A stretch of DNA of 64,000 nucleotides from an uncultured Gammaproteobacteria bacterium (GTDB lineage Bacteria > Pseudomonadota > Gammaproteobacteria > Ga0077536), in assembly GCA_938082545.1 (NCBI GenBank), contig CALKCL010000005.1, forward strand, positions 23,677 to 87,676, read 5' to 3'. Below are positions 9,754 to 19,213 of the stretch, piece after piece. The translations under genes and the position numbers were made by a program. The number at the start of each line of letters is the position of its first letter. The first letter of the stretch is position 1. Below the pieces are notes generated by a model. It searched no databases and had not been told where the DNA came from. It saw only the letters and a program-made list of their open reading frames with translations.

Positions 9754-10020
9754 ATGCACAGACAGATTACCAAGAAAGTTATAGAAACTATTCACCTTCC
9801 AGAGGGTAGAGGATTACTGCTAAGAGATACCGAACTAAAAGGATTCGGTATGCGGATTAGTCCTTCAGGAACCAAGACCTTCTTTGCAGAAGGGAACTTC
9901 AATAGAAGTCGTCAAACCAAAAGACGTTCTTTGGGACGCTACCCTATTGTCCCTCTGGATACGGCGAGAGCAAAAGCTAGAGAACTCCTGATAAAGTCTA
10001 CCTGCTTTAGGGGATATTGA
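9754..10020 (+). pseudogene. tyrosine integrase, N-terminal arm-binding (DUF4102-like) fragment only
   Basis: 88 aa (LLLRDTELKGFGMRISPSGTKTFF...LGRYPIVPLDTARAKAREL) where ~400 aa would be expected. No catalytic domain follows. Confidence 0.75.
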
Positions 10021-10379
10021 TGGGCGATCTTATTTTATTCTTAATGGCAGTGCTGTTCATAGTGCTCACATCACCTTTATGGGGCCTTTTGGGAGCCGGC
10101 TGGAGCTTCGCAATCATAGCTTGGACCTTAATAAAGTTTCTAGGACTTATGGTGTTGTGGATAATCATGTCAGTAGGAGCAATCGTAGATTTAGAGTTTG
10201 GAAGGATCTTACGAGTGCTCATCAGGATTGTCACTCAACTATTTATAGACCTCTGGGATGGGATCGTCGCTTTCTTTGTTCCTTTTTCCCATTTCTGGGA
10301 ATTTGCGCGATATGATCACTATTGGTGGGCGCTATTAATCTCTATTTTTGTCCTAAGTGTGATATCCCAGAAGAGATAA
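10017..10379 (+). CDS. hypothetical small membrane protein
   Basis: 120 aa with 3-4 hydrophobic helices. I recognise no family. Confidence 0.4.
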   Translation: MMGDLILFLMAVLFIVLTSPLWGLLGAGWSFAIIAWTLIKFLGLMVLWIIMSVGAIVDLEFGRILRVLIRIVTQLFIDLWDGIVAFFVPFSHFWEFARYDHYWWALLISIFVLSVISQKR

Positions 10380-10381
10380 CG

Positions 10382-10446
10382 CTCCAAGTATAAGAGTGGG
10401 TGATTATATATACCGTTACCAAACGTAAGGCCCCCGCCCCCTTCGG
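10382..10446 (+). repeat. island intergenic repeat, copy 1
   Basis: CTCCAAGTATAAGAGTGGGTGATTATATATACCGTTACC...AAGGCCCCCGCCCCCTTCGG. It begins 3 nt after the stop at 10379. Confidence 0.85.
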
Positions 10447-10703
10447 GAGATAAGTGGTCCGCATTAGTCTGTTAGGTTTAGCTATTAGAACGTTCTGTGA
10501 TGCGCGCTGTTAATCTCTATTTGTATCTGCAGCGTATGGTGCTTAGGAAATATTGTTTCCACTGAGCGGTTACGTTGATACGCAACCATAAAAGTGGAAA
10601 ATATAAATCGAGAATATCTTCATTCTTACTGAAAAACTACCTCATCAAAGCGGAGCAAATAAAATTGTTTAAATTTCAAAATAGCTACCTTATAAATTCC
10701 CTC

Positions 10704-11453
10704 ATGTTTACGTGTCTACTGCTGGGCTCAACAAGCTTGATGGCGGGTGGACACGAAGGTGATTCCTCACATGAGCACAAGACACAATCGCCTCATACGT
10801 TAAGCGCTAGCGTGACACTTGCTACAGAGTACTTATACCGCGGTGTGTCGCGAACAAATGGAGACCCTGCTATCCAAGGGAGCTTCGACTACGCGCATTC
10901 CTCTGGATTCTATGCTGGTGTGTGGGCATCGAGCCTCGAATGGAACTCAGGTACCAACAATGCCGCCTCTTTAGAACTCGATTATTATGCCGGCTACACC
11001 TTCGATTATTACGGATTATCATACGACATCGGGTACATGTATTACATGTACACAGGTCAAGATGTTGAGTCCAGTTTCAGCGCTCCGGAGTACGATTACT
11101 CAGAAGTGTATGCATCCGCCACAAAGACTTTTAACATGGACTACAGTCCAACAGCATCGCTAGGAGTGGCTTGGTCCCCCGACTATTCCGTGGGTTACGA
11201 CGATAGCATCTACATCAATGGGTCACTCTCGATTGCCCTTCCGATGGGGATATCACCTTATTTCTCTGCTGGATGGCAAGACCTCGCAACTGGTAAAGGA
11301 GCAACAGGTTTGGATTATTTTCACTATGCGGTGGGTGCCAGCGTCGATATTGGGTCAATGACTTTAGACCTATCATGGAATGATACGGGTAACATAGTTG
11401 GTAACTCCAATGATTATGACGGAGTCGTGTTTTCAATTTCTAGTATGTTCTAA
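10704..11453 (+). CDS. TorF-family (Gcw_chp) putative outer-membrane porin
   Basis: ATEYLYRGVSRTNGDPAIQGSFDY..GFYAGVWASS and a C-terminal aromatic residue. I prefer ATG 10704 (MFTCLLLGSTSLMA signal) over the track's TTG at 10575. Confidence 0.65.
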   Translation: MFTCLLLGSTSLMAGGHEGDSSHEHKTQSPHTLSASVTLATEYLYRGVSRTNGDPAIQGSFDYAHSSGFYAGVWASSLEWNSGTNNAASLELDYYAGYTFDYYGLSYDIGYMYYMYTGQDVESSFSAPEYDYSEVYASATKTFNMDYSPTASLGVAWSPDYSVGYDDSIYINGSLSIALPMGISPYFSAGWQDLATGKGATGLDYFHYAVGASVDIGSMTLDLSWNDTGNIVGNSNDYDGVVFSISSMF

Positions 11454-11488
11454 GCCTATTAGTCGAGACGGAGCGACTTCAGTGGCTC

Positions 11489-11554
11489 CTCTCAAGTATA
11501 AGAGTGGGGGATTATATATACCGTTATCCGATAGGGGGCCGACGCCCCCTTCGG
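11489..11554 (+). repeat. island intergenic repeat, copy 2
   Basis: CTCTCAAGTATAAGAGTGGGGGATTATATATACCGTTATCCGATAGGGGGCCGACGCCCCCTTCGG. This copy contains a perfect GGGGGC/GCCCCC hairpin. Confidence 0.85.
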
Positions 11555-11624
11555 TATTTAAGGGGGAGGGTTTCGGAGGAATTAGCCTATTTCGCTCAAT
11601 CTTTAAATTGCCTACTTGCTAGCA

Positions 11625-11774
11625 TCAGGCATGGCCGTTTCTCAAGAAGTTTCCTGGCGTTGCACCGGTGGCTTCTCCGTCGATGAAGGTTACCTGACCG
11701 TTCACTAAAGTATATCGATAACCAATCCCTGTAGTGATACGACGCCAGTCACCAGGGTGTCCAATCTGCTGCAG
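11625..11774 (-). pseudogene. C-terminal remnant of an amidohydrolase (D-aminoacylase-like)
   Basis: The minus frame reads LQQIGHPGDWRRITTGIGYRYTLVNGQVTFIDGEATGATPGNFLRNGHA*. The pattern GI..x.VNG..V..G..TGA.PG..LR.G is typical of that family's C-terminus. No upstream body is present. Confidence 0.45.
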
Positions 11775-11966
11775 ACAAACTTGTCTCTTACAAATTGTAC
11801 TCCTTAAGTATAAGCGTCTTGTTTACATTGCTAGGCTAAGAACTCCAAGGGCGGAGATTTTCCCGTGCCTCTGAAGTTCTAATCATTTCCCTCCGTGCCC
11901 TCAAACAATCTCTGCTTAAATTCGTACGGTCTAATTCGACTCTTCTGGAAAAACTAGAGCTAGTAG

Positions 11967-13349
11967 TTACCCGCTCCATTTTAATTGGAGTTCGATCGCC
12001 GTGATCATCATTCTCGCAACATCTTTTTCGGTTGCGGTTTCGATCCCCTCTAAACCGGGCGAAGAGTTAACCTCCAACAGCAATGGTCCGGTTTTCGAAC
12101 GAATAATGTCAACACCAGCCACTGCCAGCCCCATAGCTTTAGTGGCCTTTACCGCCAAACGACGCTCTTCTGTTGTGGGGCGCGCCACAGAAGCGGTACC
12201 GCCCTGGTGAAGATTGGCACGAAATTCACCAGGTGCCGCTTCACGCTGAATAGCCGCACTGACCTTGCCATTAATCACAAACAGGCGTAGATCTTTACCA
12301 TCTGCTTCTTTAATAAACTCTTGCACCAGCAGGTTCGCTTTCACCGCCTTGAAGGCATTGATTACGCTCTGTGCTGCTTTCTTAGTTTCTGCCAACACCA
12401 CGCCACGGCCCTGAGTGCCTTCGAGTAATTTAACAATGAGCGGTGCGCCACCCACCATCTCAATAAGTTCATTGGTATCAATAGGAGAATTTGCAAAACC
12501 TGTTAGCGGAATATCCAGACCACTTTTAATGAGTAGCTGCAGAGAAAATAGCTTGTCACGAGACTGACTGATCGCCAGCGAGCTATTTTGTGCATACACA
12601 CCCATACTCTCAAACTGACGGGTGAGGGCACAGCCGTAAAAAGTAGCGCTAGGACGAATACGTGGAATTACGGCGTCCAAGCCGGTAATAATATGTCCTC
12701 CACGATAATGAACTTCGGGGTTTTCATCATCGAGCTTCATATAGCAGTCTTTGATGCTCAAAAACACCATCTCATGGCCGCGCTCTTCACCAGCCTCCAT
12801 CAGGCGCTGATTGCTATAAAGTTCTGGATTAGTTGCCAGTAGAGCAATCTTTAGTCCGCTCTTTTTGGTCGGAACAATGCCATACATCTCACTCAACTCA
12901 AAATCACTGATACGCCCGAGATTCATACTGGATGATGGGTCTACCAGAACGCGACCTGCCATTGCTTCACGCCCCAGCAACATGCGATATCCCATGCTGT
13001 CGCGATTAGTCAGGGTCAGCTCTATTTCCCAGAGCTGCCCACCAAGACGCATAGGTACCTTTATGACATAGCGTTTTTCACTGGCACCGCTGGTGTTTTT
13101 AATTATCCGCCGATCGAGTATTGGTGATTCACAGCGCAGAGCTACCCTGCGATTGTTCTGGAGTGGATGCACATCAAACGCAACCCAGGGAACATTACCG
13201 CGCTTAAACGTCTGAATATTAAAGGCATGCAGTGCCGATGTCTTGGCCCCAGAGTCGACGCGAACTTTTACAGCCGGTATACCTAGCTGCGAAAGCTGGC
13301 ACCATTCTTCGCTACCAATAATAGGCTTTCCTGTTGACGGTGTGTGCAT
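11967..13349 (-). CDS. rimK: RimK-type alpha-L-glutamate ligase fused to an N-terminal retropepsin-like (DUF785, putative ATP-dependent zinc protease) domain
   Basis: 460 aa. The N-terminal ~150 aa ([14 protein letters not shown]...[11 protein letters not shown]) is followed by an ATP-grasp RimK body ([17 protein letters not shown]...[12 protein letters not shown]). Confidence 0.8.
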   Translation of the reverse strand: MHTPSTGKPIIGSEEWCQLSQLGIPAVKVRVDSGAKTSALHAFNIQTFKRGNVPWVAFDVHPLQNNRRVALRCESPILDRRIIKNTSGASEKRYVIKVPMRLGGQLWEIELTLTNRDSMGYRMLLGREAMAGRVLVDPSSSMNLGRISDFELSEMYGIVPTKKSGLKIALLATNPELYSNQRLMEAGEERGHEMVFLSIKDCYMKLDDENPEVHYRGGHIITGLDAVIPRIRPSATFYGCALTRQFESMGVYAQNSSLAISQSRDKLFSLQLLIKSGLDIPLTGFANSPIDTNELIEMVGGAPLIVKLLEGTQGRGVVLAETKKAAQSVINAFKAVKANLLVQEFIKEADGKDLRLFVINGKVSAAIQREAAPGEFRANLHQGGTASVARPTTEERRLAVKATKAMGLAVAGVDIIRSKTGPLLLEVNSSPGLEGIETATEKDVARMMITAIELQLKWSG

Positions 13350-13661
13350 TAGTCGTTTCCTCGTTAGGGCCTATATAGGTGAGGAGGCGATTAGATTTCA
13401 AAACGACGCCCGAGTACAGAGAAATGTTAGTCCATTGAGGCAAAAAAAGGCCGGCAAGAGTGTGCCTTTGAATATAGCAAGAATTAATAACTCTTAATAT
13501 CGCTCAATCTTCTGCAAGATCTTAACTGCTGGCAATAGACGGCAGAAGAAGAAATTCCTAGACGACAAGAGGTTATCTAGTGCTAAACTGCTTGTTGCAG
13601 GTACGACGTCATTGCAGAAGACCCTTCTTGGCTACAAGAGTTAAAATACGACTAGGTCCAC

Positions 13662-13727
13662 CTCTCAAGTATAAGAGTGGGTGATTATATATAGCGTTAT
13701 CCGATATAAGGCCCCCGCCCCCTTCAA
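13662..13727 (+). repeat. island intergenic repeat, copy 3
   Basis: CTCTCAAGTATAAGAGTGGGTGATTATATATAGCGTTATCCGATATAAGGCCCCCGCCCCCTTCAA. Confidence 0.85.
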
Positions 13728-13882
13728 GGAATTAACGGAAGACCTGAGGGTAAAAGTTTTTAGATTAGTATCAGTAAATAGACATTAATTTGTTTAACTC
13801 TGACCTACATATGGCCTACAATTCACTTAGCGATGCTTAATGACTAAATGTAAGTTAATGATTTTAGTCAAGAAGAGAGTTT

Positions 13883-13941
13883 TAGAGCAGGGGACTGAAA
13901 ATCCTCGTGTCGGTAGTTCGAATCTACCCCAGGCCACCACT
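13883..13941 (+). repeat. 59-bp direct repeat, copy 2 (displaced 3' fragment of tRNA-Phe; attR-side)
   Basis: TAGAGCAGGGGACTGAAAATCC...CCAGGCCACCACT. The single difference from the tRNA is G at 13891 versus T at 9550. Confidence 0.9.
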
Positions 13942-14214
13942 TCCCAAAAAAGCAGGTGCAATTAAGCTTTCAAAATCCTTAAGGCCATTCTGGTGTGCCC
14001 AGTACAAAAAGCTGTAGACAGATCTTCAAACTACCTCAGACAAGACAACCCTCCGCCTTCTTTTTCACCTAAGGTGCCAAAAATTTGATCCCACGGCCTT
14101 CTTTCTTCGTATACACTGGCTAAAGTTAAAAATATTCAGACCTTCAATCACCGGCTCTTACCTGAAGTATTTTTAATTTAACGAGTCCATGAAAATTAGG
14201 GGAGTAGGTATTTA

Positions 14215-14616
14215 ATGAATAAATCCTTAGAGAAAACTTTACAAGATGCTGATGTTAGTCTCAGCGTACTTCAAGCTCTTGCTGACAATAGTTTTGATTC
14301 TGTTCTTGTCACCGATGCGACCAAAGCAGGAAAAATTATCTACGCGAATAAGTCATTCAGCAAATTGACAGGCTATACACAATCAGAAGTAATTGGTAAA
14401 ACTCCAAGAATTTTACAGGGTCCCGCAACCGACAAAAAAGTCGTAGGTCGTCTTAGGGAAGCCCTTATGGAGGGCAAGAAATTTGAAGGGAAAGCCATTA
14501 ACTATAAAAAGAATGGAACTCCATTTATTATGTATTGGAGAGTAGTTCCGGCCCGCGTCGGAAAAGATACAAAAGTATGGATAGCTATCCAACGAGAGGG
14601 AGTTGCAGTGGAGTAG
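14215..14616 (+). CDS. stand-alone PAS protein, LOV-like but lacking the adduct-forming Cys
   Basis: 133 aa. GKTPRILQG sits where LOV domains have G(R/K)NCRFLQG. NYKKNG and IAIQREG blocks are present. Confidence 0.65.
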   Translation: MNKSLEKTLQDADVSLSVLQALADNSFDSVLVTDATKAGKIIYANKSFSKLTGYTQSEVIGKTPRILQGPATDKKVVGRLREALMEGKKFEGKAINYKKNGTPFIMYWRVVPARVGKDTKVWIAIQREGVAVE

Positions 14617-14654
14617 TGAGTCGCCAGCTTGGAAATTTCACATAGTGACTGTTG

Positions 14655-15536
14655 CTAGAGTTTTTTGTTGTCTTTGGTTGTGATCAAGCTCAGGGCTAGT
14701 AGCCCACTGACTATGAGTGACATACCTAACCATTCAAAATTCTCCGGTGTTTCTCCAAAATAAAAAGCTGACGTAACCATAGCAATAGGGGGCGCTGCTA
14801 AAGTCGAAAGGCTGGCAGTACCTGCATCCAAGTTGTTGAGTGCGTACATCCAGAGCATCGAGCCTAAAGCTGTAACGCCGACAGATACAAAACCTAACGA
14901 CAAAACAAAACGGCTTGACCAGACGATCGGGTCCTCAGAGGCAACCCAAGAAATAGTCATCAGCGGGATGCATCCAAAAGCCATTTGCCAAGCCGTCATT
15001 GACAGTAAATCCATTTTCTCTCGGCTTTGAAGTTGCTTAACCATAATGGCTCCTATGGCCCACACTATTCCCGCAGCTACGGCTAAAAGACTACTTTTGA
15101 AGCCTCCAATTAGAACCCAAGGTTTAACGATTGCGATCAATCCAAAGGCTGCCAAAATCACGGCGCCCCACTGGGCGTGCCGAACTTTTTCATTCAGAAG
15201 TAGCCAAGCAAATACTAAGGTAAAAAATGGCATTGTATAAACCATAAAAGCTACCCTCCCCGCGCTACCTTCAGCCACAGCCCATGTAGAAAGGCTGAAT
15301 AGCAAGCTGGTATGCACAAACCCCAAAACCATCAACTCGCACCACCTAGTTGGCCGCAGAGAACGACCTGTGAGAGGCAACAGTGCTAACAAGCATAATG
15401 CACTAAGACTGAGCCGCAGGGCCGTAAATTTAAATGGTGGGGCATCAATAAGGCCTACTTTAAGAATGGTCCAACCGTAGCCCCATAAAATAGACATCAC
15501 GAAAATTGCCGCAAGCGGCTTACCTTTTAACTGCAA
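14655..15536 (-). CDS. DMT-superfamily (EamA-like) transporter
   Basis: 293 aa, ~10 TM helices with two EamA-type halves. Confidence 0.8.
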   Translation of the reverse strand: MQLKGKPLAAIFVMSILWGYGWTILKVGLIDAPPFKFTALRLSLSALCLLALLPLTGRSLRPTRWCELMVLGFVHTSLLFSLSTWAVAEGSAGRVAFMVYTMPFFTLVFAWLLLNEKVRHAQWGAVILAAFGLIAIVKPWVLIGGFKSSLLAVAAGIVWAIGAIMVKQLQSREKMDLLSMTAWQMAFGCIPLMTISWVASEDPIVWSSRFVLSLGFVSVGVTALGSMLWMYALNNLDAGTASLSTLAAPPIAMVTSAFYFGETPENFEWLGMSLIVSGLLALSLITTKDNKKL

Positions 15537-15659
15537 CGATGGGGCCCTCGATTATCCACTAAAGCGTGATAGACGCTAGCAAATATCAGTGTAATGATGA
15601 TCAATCAGCTCCGCATAGTACATCAAAAGATCAATGAGTAATGTAGTTGGAAAATTTAA

Positions 15660-16316
15660 TTACTGACATAAAGGCCAAACCTTATACCAGCTACGACATC
15701 GCAATCGCTGCTCGCAAACGGGTAGCTGTGTGGCATACTTGGCTGCTACTCGTGCAACCTTGTCGGAAACTGATAGCAAGCCAGGCTTCTTATGCTGATT
15801 GCCGCGCTTGTACCCTCCATGACCCTCATGATAAGCAAGATACAACTCTTTCGCGTTCCATTTAGAAATACCTAAACGTATATGTGTGCGATGGTTGTAC
15901 CATCCAATAAAATCTAGAGCATCCTCCATATCGGTCCGATTCCTAAACAGAGTCCCTCTTTCACTTTCATATTCACTCCACACAGGGTTTTGTGCTTGAG
16001 CGTAGCCTTTGGCTGATGACCCTCGACCTATTGGTACAAAGAAAAACCATTTGAATGGAGGTTTTGCATGACTACGAAAGCTAGATTCCTGCTTCACAAA
16101 AGCCATCAGTATATGCTTTGGGGTTCCCCATTCTTTTTGCGAGTCCTGAGCATAGTCAAACCATTTCGGATACTCGTCAAAAATCCGACAGATATTCCCT
16201 TGCTCTTTAGGAGGAACAGTCGCACACGCAACCATCATCGGAAGCAAAAAAAGCCCTATCAATACTTTGGTTAAATAGTTGTGCAGAAACGCCATAACTT
16301 CAACAACAAGATGCAT
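15660..16316 (-). CDS. lipoprotein with a transglycosylase SLT-like domain
   Basis: Signal plus Cys (LLPMMVAC), with FVKQESSFRSHAKPP and GYAQAQNPVW blocks. Confidence 0.5.
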   Translation of the reverse strand: MHLVVEVMAFLHNYLTKVLIGLFLLPMMVACATVPPKEQGNICRIFDEYPKWFDYAQDSQKEWGTPKHILMAFVKQESSFRSHAKPPFKWFFFVPIGRGSSAKGYAQAQNPVWSEYESERGTLFRNRTDMEDALDFIGWYNHRTHIRLGISKWNAKELYLAYHEGHGGYKRGNQHKKPGLLSVSDKVARVAAKYATQLPVCEQRLRCRSWYKVWPLCQ

Positions 16317-17093
16317 TCAAAACTCCGGTATTCCAGAAAATTCCACCGGTCGACTCTTCATAAAAGCGTCTACGGCTTCGTTATTCAGCGGACCGCCCAT
16401 CAAGTTCCGATAGACCTCGATTTCTCTGTCATGGCATTCTCGCCCCAACTGATGTTTTCCTGAGGCAAGCATCAATTTCTTAGTCTCGACAAGCGACAAG
16501 ATCGGGTTTTTACTGATTTTCTCAGCTAGTGCCATCGCCTCGACTTGTAATTCACTAGGCTCAGAGAGCTTCCATACGTAGCCAAATTTGAGGGCCTCAT
16601 CTGCACTAATCCATCCCCCCGAGAATAGTGTGTATGCTGCATTTTGCCAACCCATTTGCGACACAAACAAACCGCTGCTTCCGGCCTCTGGAGCCAATCC
16701 AAGCTGGGGAAACGGTGTCCGCAGTCTTGCATCACGCGACATAAAAACAATGTCACAATAAGCTAACAGTGTCATCCCAATGCCAACGGCAAGCCCATTA
16801 ACAGCGCCAATGAGCGGTTTACTGAAGTCAGACAAAGAACTTAAGAAATCAGGAAAGACGTGTTTCTTAACCTTTCCATCAAGAATTAACTGCATGTCAT
16901 AGAGATCTTGGCCAGCTGAGAACGCCGAGCCTTCCCCAGTCAACACGACAACTGCCACCTCAGATGAGGCATCAGCTTGTAGTAAAGCATCTCTCACTTC
17001 GGCGAACTGCAGGTTATCAAACGCGTTAAGCTTATCAGGACGATTGAATGAAATTTTTCTTACTCGTCCCAGGTTCTCAATTTTCAAGCTCAT
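16317..17093 (-). CDS. enoyl-CoA hydratase/isomerase family protein
   Basis: 258 aa crotonase fold (VVLTGEGSAFSAGQDL, GAVNGLAVGIGMTLL). Confidence 0.85.
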   Translation of the reverse strand: MSLKIENLGRVRKISFNRPDKLNAFDNLQFAEVRDALLQADASSEVAVVVLTGEGSAFSAGQDLYDMQLILDGKVKKHVFPDFLSSLSDFSKPLIGAVNGLAVGIGMTLLAYCDIVFMSRDARLRTPFPQLGLAPEAGSSGLFVSQMGWQNAAYTLFSGGWISADEALKFGYVWKLSEPSELQVEAMALAEKISKNPILSLVETKKLMLASGKHQLGRECHDREIEVYRNLMGGPLNNEAVDAFMKSRPVEFSGIPEF

Positions 17094-17108
17094 AACAGTC
17101 GCCCCTTT

Positions 17109-17996
17109 CTAATTCCTGACATTATCGAATAGATCCATGAGATCTCGATTACCCCCAAGGTCTTCAAGCTGATCACCAGCATCGATGGCGGCGAAAAGCA
17201 TCTTATCGATAATCTTGGTGACTTTTCGTGTAGCAGTCCTATCAAATTTTCTATCTGTGTGATTATCGAACCAGTGTGCCGCTCCAGCTAAACCGACAAA
17301 TTCGACCTCTCCACCCGAACGAGATAAATTGTCAGCTTTAGCCTCACATTCAGATGCACTGGTGATGCGATCTTTCAACCCATGAAAAATTATCGCCTCC
17401 GTCGAATTAGGAAAACCTTTATTTGCGGATATACTCCCCGCACCACAGTAAGGGTAAAAGAGGAAGGCTGCTTTAAAGTTATCCTCGTCTAAACTGACGT
17501 TAGCTGTTAGATTCGGAGGTCGGTCACCAGATGCCACCAGAGATAAAAAATCAGAAGCGCTCCAGCCGCCATGAGACCAACCCATAAGGATAGTTTTTGT
17601 CTCATCAATGTCAGATCGGGACCAAATACTTGGTAAAATCGCCATTAAATCGCCAGCCCGTTCGCTCCCTTGCATCAACGTACCGGCACAAACTTCATGC
17701 AGCATCTTTCGTCTATCTCGAATTCTACGAACGGCAAAGCTGTCTACGTGAAGAACTGCAAAACCCTTTTTCCGTAGTCGCTTTTTCCACACACTATGAT
17801 GTGGGTGCCAGCTCATACAACCTGGCAACAGGATTGCTAACGGATGTGGACCAGCACCTCTGGGCATCTTCAACTCAGAGAAAGGGGCCACAACTTGAGA
17901 GTGCGCGACTGGCTCCTCTCGTCCATGGACGCCCGAAGCGATGACTAATAAGACAAATCCCAACAGGAAAAAATTTTTGACAGGGCTAACACACAT
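17109..17996 (-). CDS. dienelactone-hydrolase-like alpha/beta hydrolase (exported)
   Basis: Signal peptide and the nucleophile elbow GWSHGG. Confidence 0.55.
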   Translation of the reverse strand: MCVSPVKNFFLLGFVLLVIASGVHGREEPVAHSQVVAPFSELKMPRGAGPHPLAILLPGCMSWHPHHSVWKKRLRKKGFAVLHVDSFAVRRIRDRRKMLHEVCAGTLMQGSERAGDLMAILPSIWSRSDIDETKTILMGWSHGGWSASDFLSLVASGDRPPNLTANVSLDEDNFKAAFLFYPYCGAGSISANKGFPNSTEAIIFHGLKDRITSASECEAKADNLSRSGGEVEFVGLAGAAHWFDNHTDRKFDRTATRKVTKIIDKMLFAAIDAGDQLEDLGGNRDLMDLFDNVRN

Positions 17997-18118
17997 TTAA
18001 GTCGGAACTCCAAGCAGACGCATCAACAATTTACTCATGTTCACAGGTTAGCATAGTATAGTCGTATCGTTTTCAAGGACGCACAGTTAAAGCGTCCAAA
18101 TTTTAAGAGCATCTATTT

Positions 18119-18775
18119 ATGTCGAACACAGCTAACTGGTATTTTGATTTCATTTCACCTTATGCTTATTTTCAGTTCAAGCATTTTCATCGTCTGCCCT
18201 CCTCACTAAATGTCACTCTGCGCCCCATCTTGTTCGCGGGTCTTTTAGGTCACTGGAAAACAAAAGGACCGGCAGAAGTGCCAGCAAAGCGAATTCAAAC
18301 GTACCAGTACTGTGATTGGTATTCAAAGCGCATAGGGCTTCCTTTTAAAACGCCACCAGCACACCCTTTTAACCCATTAAAGATATTAAGACTGGCAATC
18401 GCGCTAAATTGTTCAATGAAAGCTGTTGGCGCAATCTTTGATTACGTCTGGGGACAAGGAGGCGACGCGCACTCTGAAGAAGGCTTTAAATCACTGTGTG
18501 ATAAAATGGCACTTAAGGACGTCCCGACTCTAATAGGCTCCAAAGACGTCAAAATCAAATTGCGTGAAAATACCACACAAGCCATCAAGGCAGGAGTTTA
18601 CGGAGTCCCCACATTTCATTACGAAGGAGACCTTTTTTGGGGATTCGACGCCACTGAAATGTTTCTTGAACGAATCAAGGACCCATCCTTACTCACTCAG
18701 CCTGAAATGATTCGGCTTGCCGATCTCCCGGCAGCAAAAGAACGAAAAAACATAGCTGTAAAGTCGGAAAGTTAA
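18119..18775 (+). CDS. 2-hydroxychromene-2-carboxylate isomerase family (DsbA-like) protein
   Basis: WYFDFISPYAYF N-terminus, 218 aa. Confidence 0.75.
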   Translation: MSNTANWYFDFISPYAYFQFKHFHRLPSSLNVTLRPILFAGLLGHWKTKGPAEVPAKRIQTYQYCDWYSKRIGLPFKTPPAHPFNPLKILRLAIALNCSMKAVGAIFDYVWGQGGDAHSEEGFKSLCDKMALKDVPTLIGSKDVKIKLRENTTQAIKAGVYGVPTFHYEGDLFWGFDATEMFLERIKDPSLLTQPEMIRLADLPAAKERKNIAVKSES

Positions 18776-19195
18776 TTGGTAAAGCGAATGACAAGATTAC
18801 AGCGAGAAATGTTTCTTGAGAAACCTTATCTTGCTGTCGTAGGTATTGAAGAGCCGGGCTTATCACCCAGAGTCGTTCCTCTCTGGTATGACTATAAGCC
18901 GTCAACTGGATTCAGTATCATTATTAAAAAGAAATCTAAGAAACTTTTACTACTCCGAGCTGCAAAACGATTCTCTCTTTGTATTCAAGAACCACAACCT
19001 CCCTATAAACATGTGAGCGCACAAGGACCTATCATTGAGATACGGGACTGCGTCGACCACGTCGACTTGCTGGCCGTTGCCACCAAGTATTTAGGTATCA
19101 AAGAAGCGCAAAAATTTCTCCAAAACCGATTACCCTCTGACTCACTAATTCTAATAATGGATCCCAAAAAATGGGTTACGGCCGATTACTCATAA
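18776..19195 (+). CDS. pyridoxamine 5'-phosphate oxidase-family protein
   Basis: 139 aa, split-barrel-like (YLAVVG...PRVVPLWYDY). The start could instead be ATG 18788. Confidence 0.55.
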   Translation: MVKRMTRLQREMFLEKPYLAVVGIEEPGLSPRVVPLWYDYKPSTGFSIIIKKKSKKLLLLRAAKRFSLCIQEPQPPYKHVSAQGPIIEIRDCVDHVDLLAVATKYLGIKEAQKFLQNRLPSDSLILIMDPKKWVTADYS

Positions 19196-19213
19196 TGCTG
19201 TGATCTCATTAAA

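Larger units (their letters stand above)
9599..13941. mobile_element. ~4.3-kb decayed integrative island at tRNA-Phe
   Basis: Complete tRNA, then a truncated P4-type integrase, then cargo, then a 59-bp duplicate of the tRNA 3' part. Confidence 0.75.

Noticed and set aside
10382-13727. The ~66-bp island repeats as integron attC sites, tRNA-derived att copies or small-peptide genes.
   Set aside because: There is no RYYYAAC/GTTRRRY core pair or overall imperfect palindrome, and no intI. The sequence is unrelated to tRNA-Phe. Reading frames differ between copies (stops in copies 1 and 3), so track ORFs 11398..11622 and 11504..11686 are rejected too.
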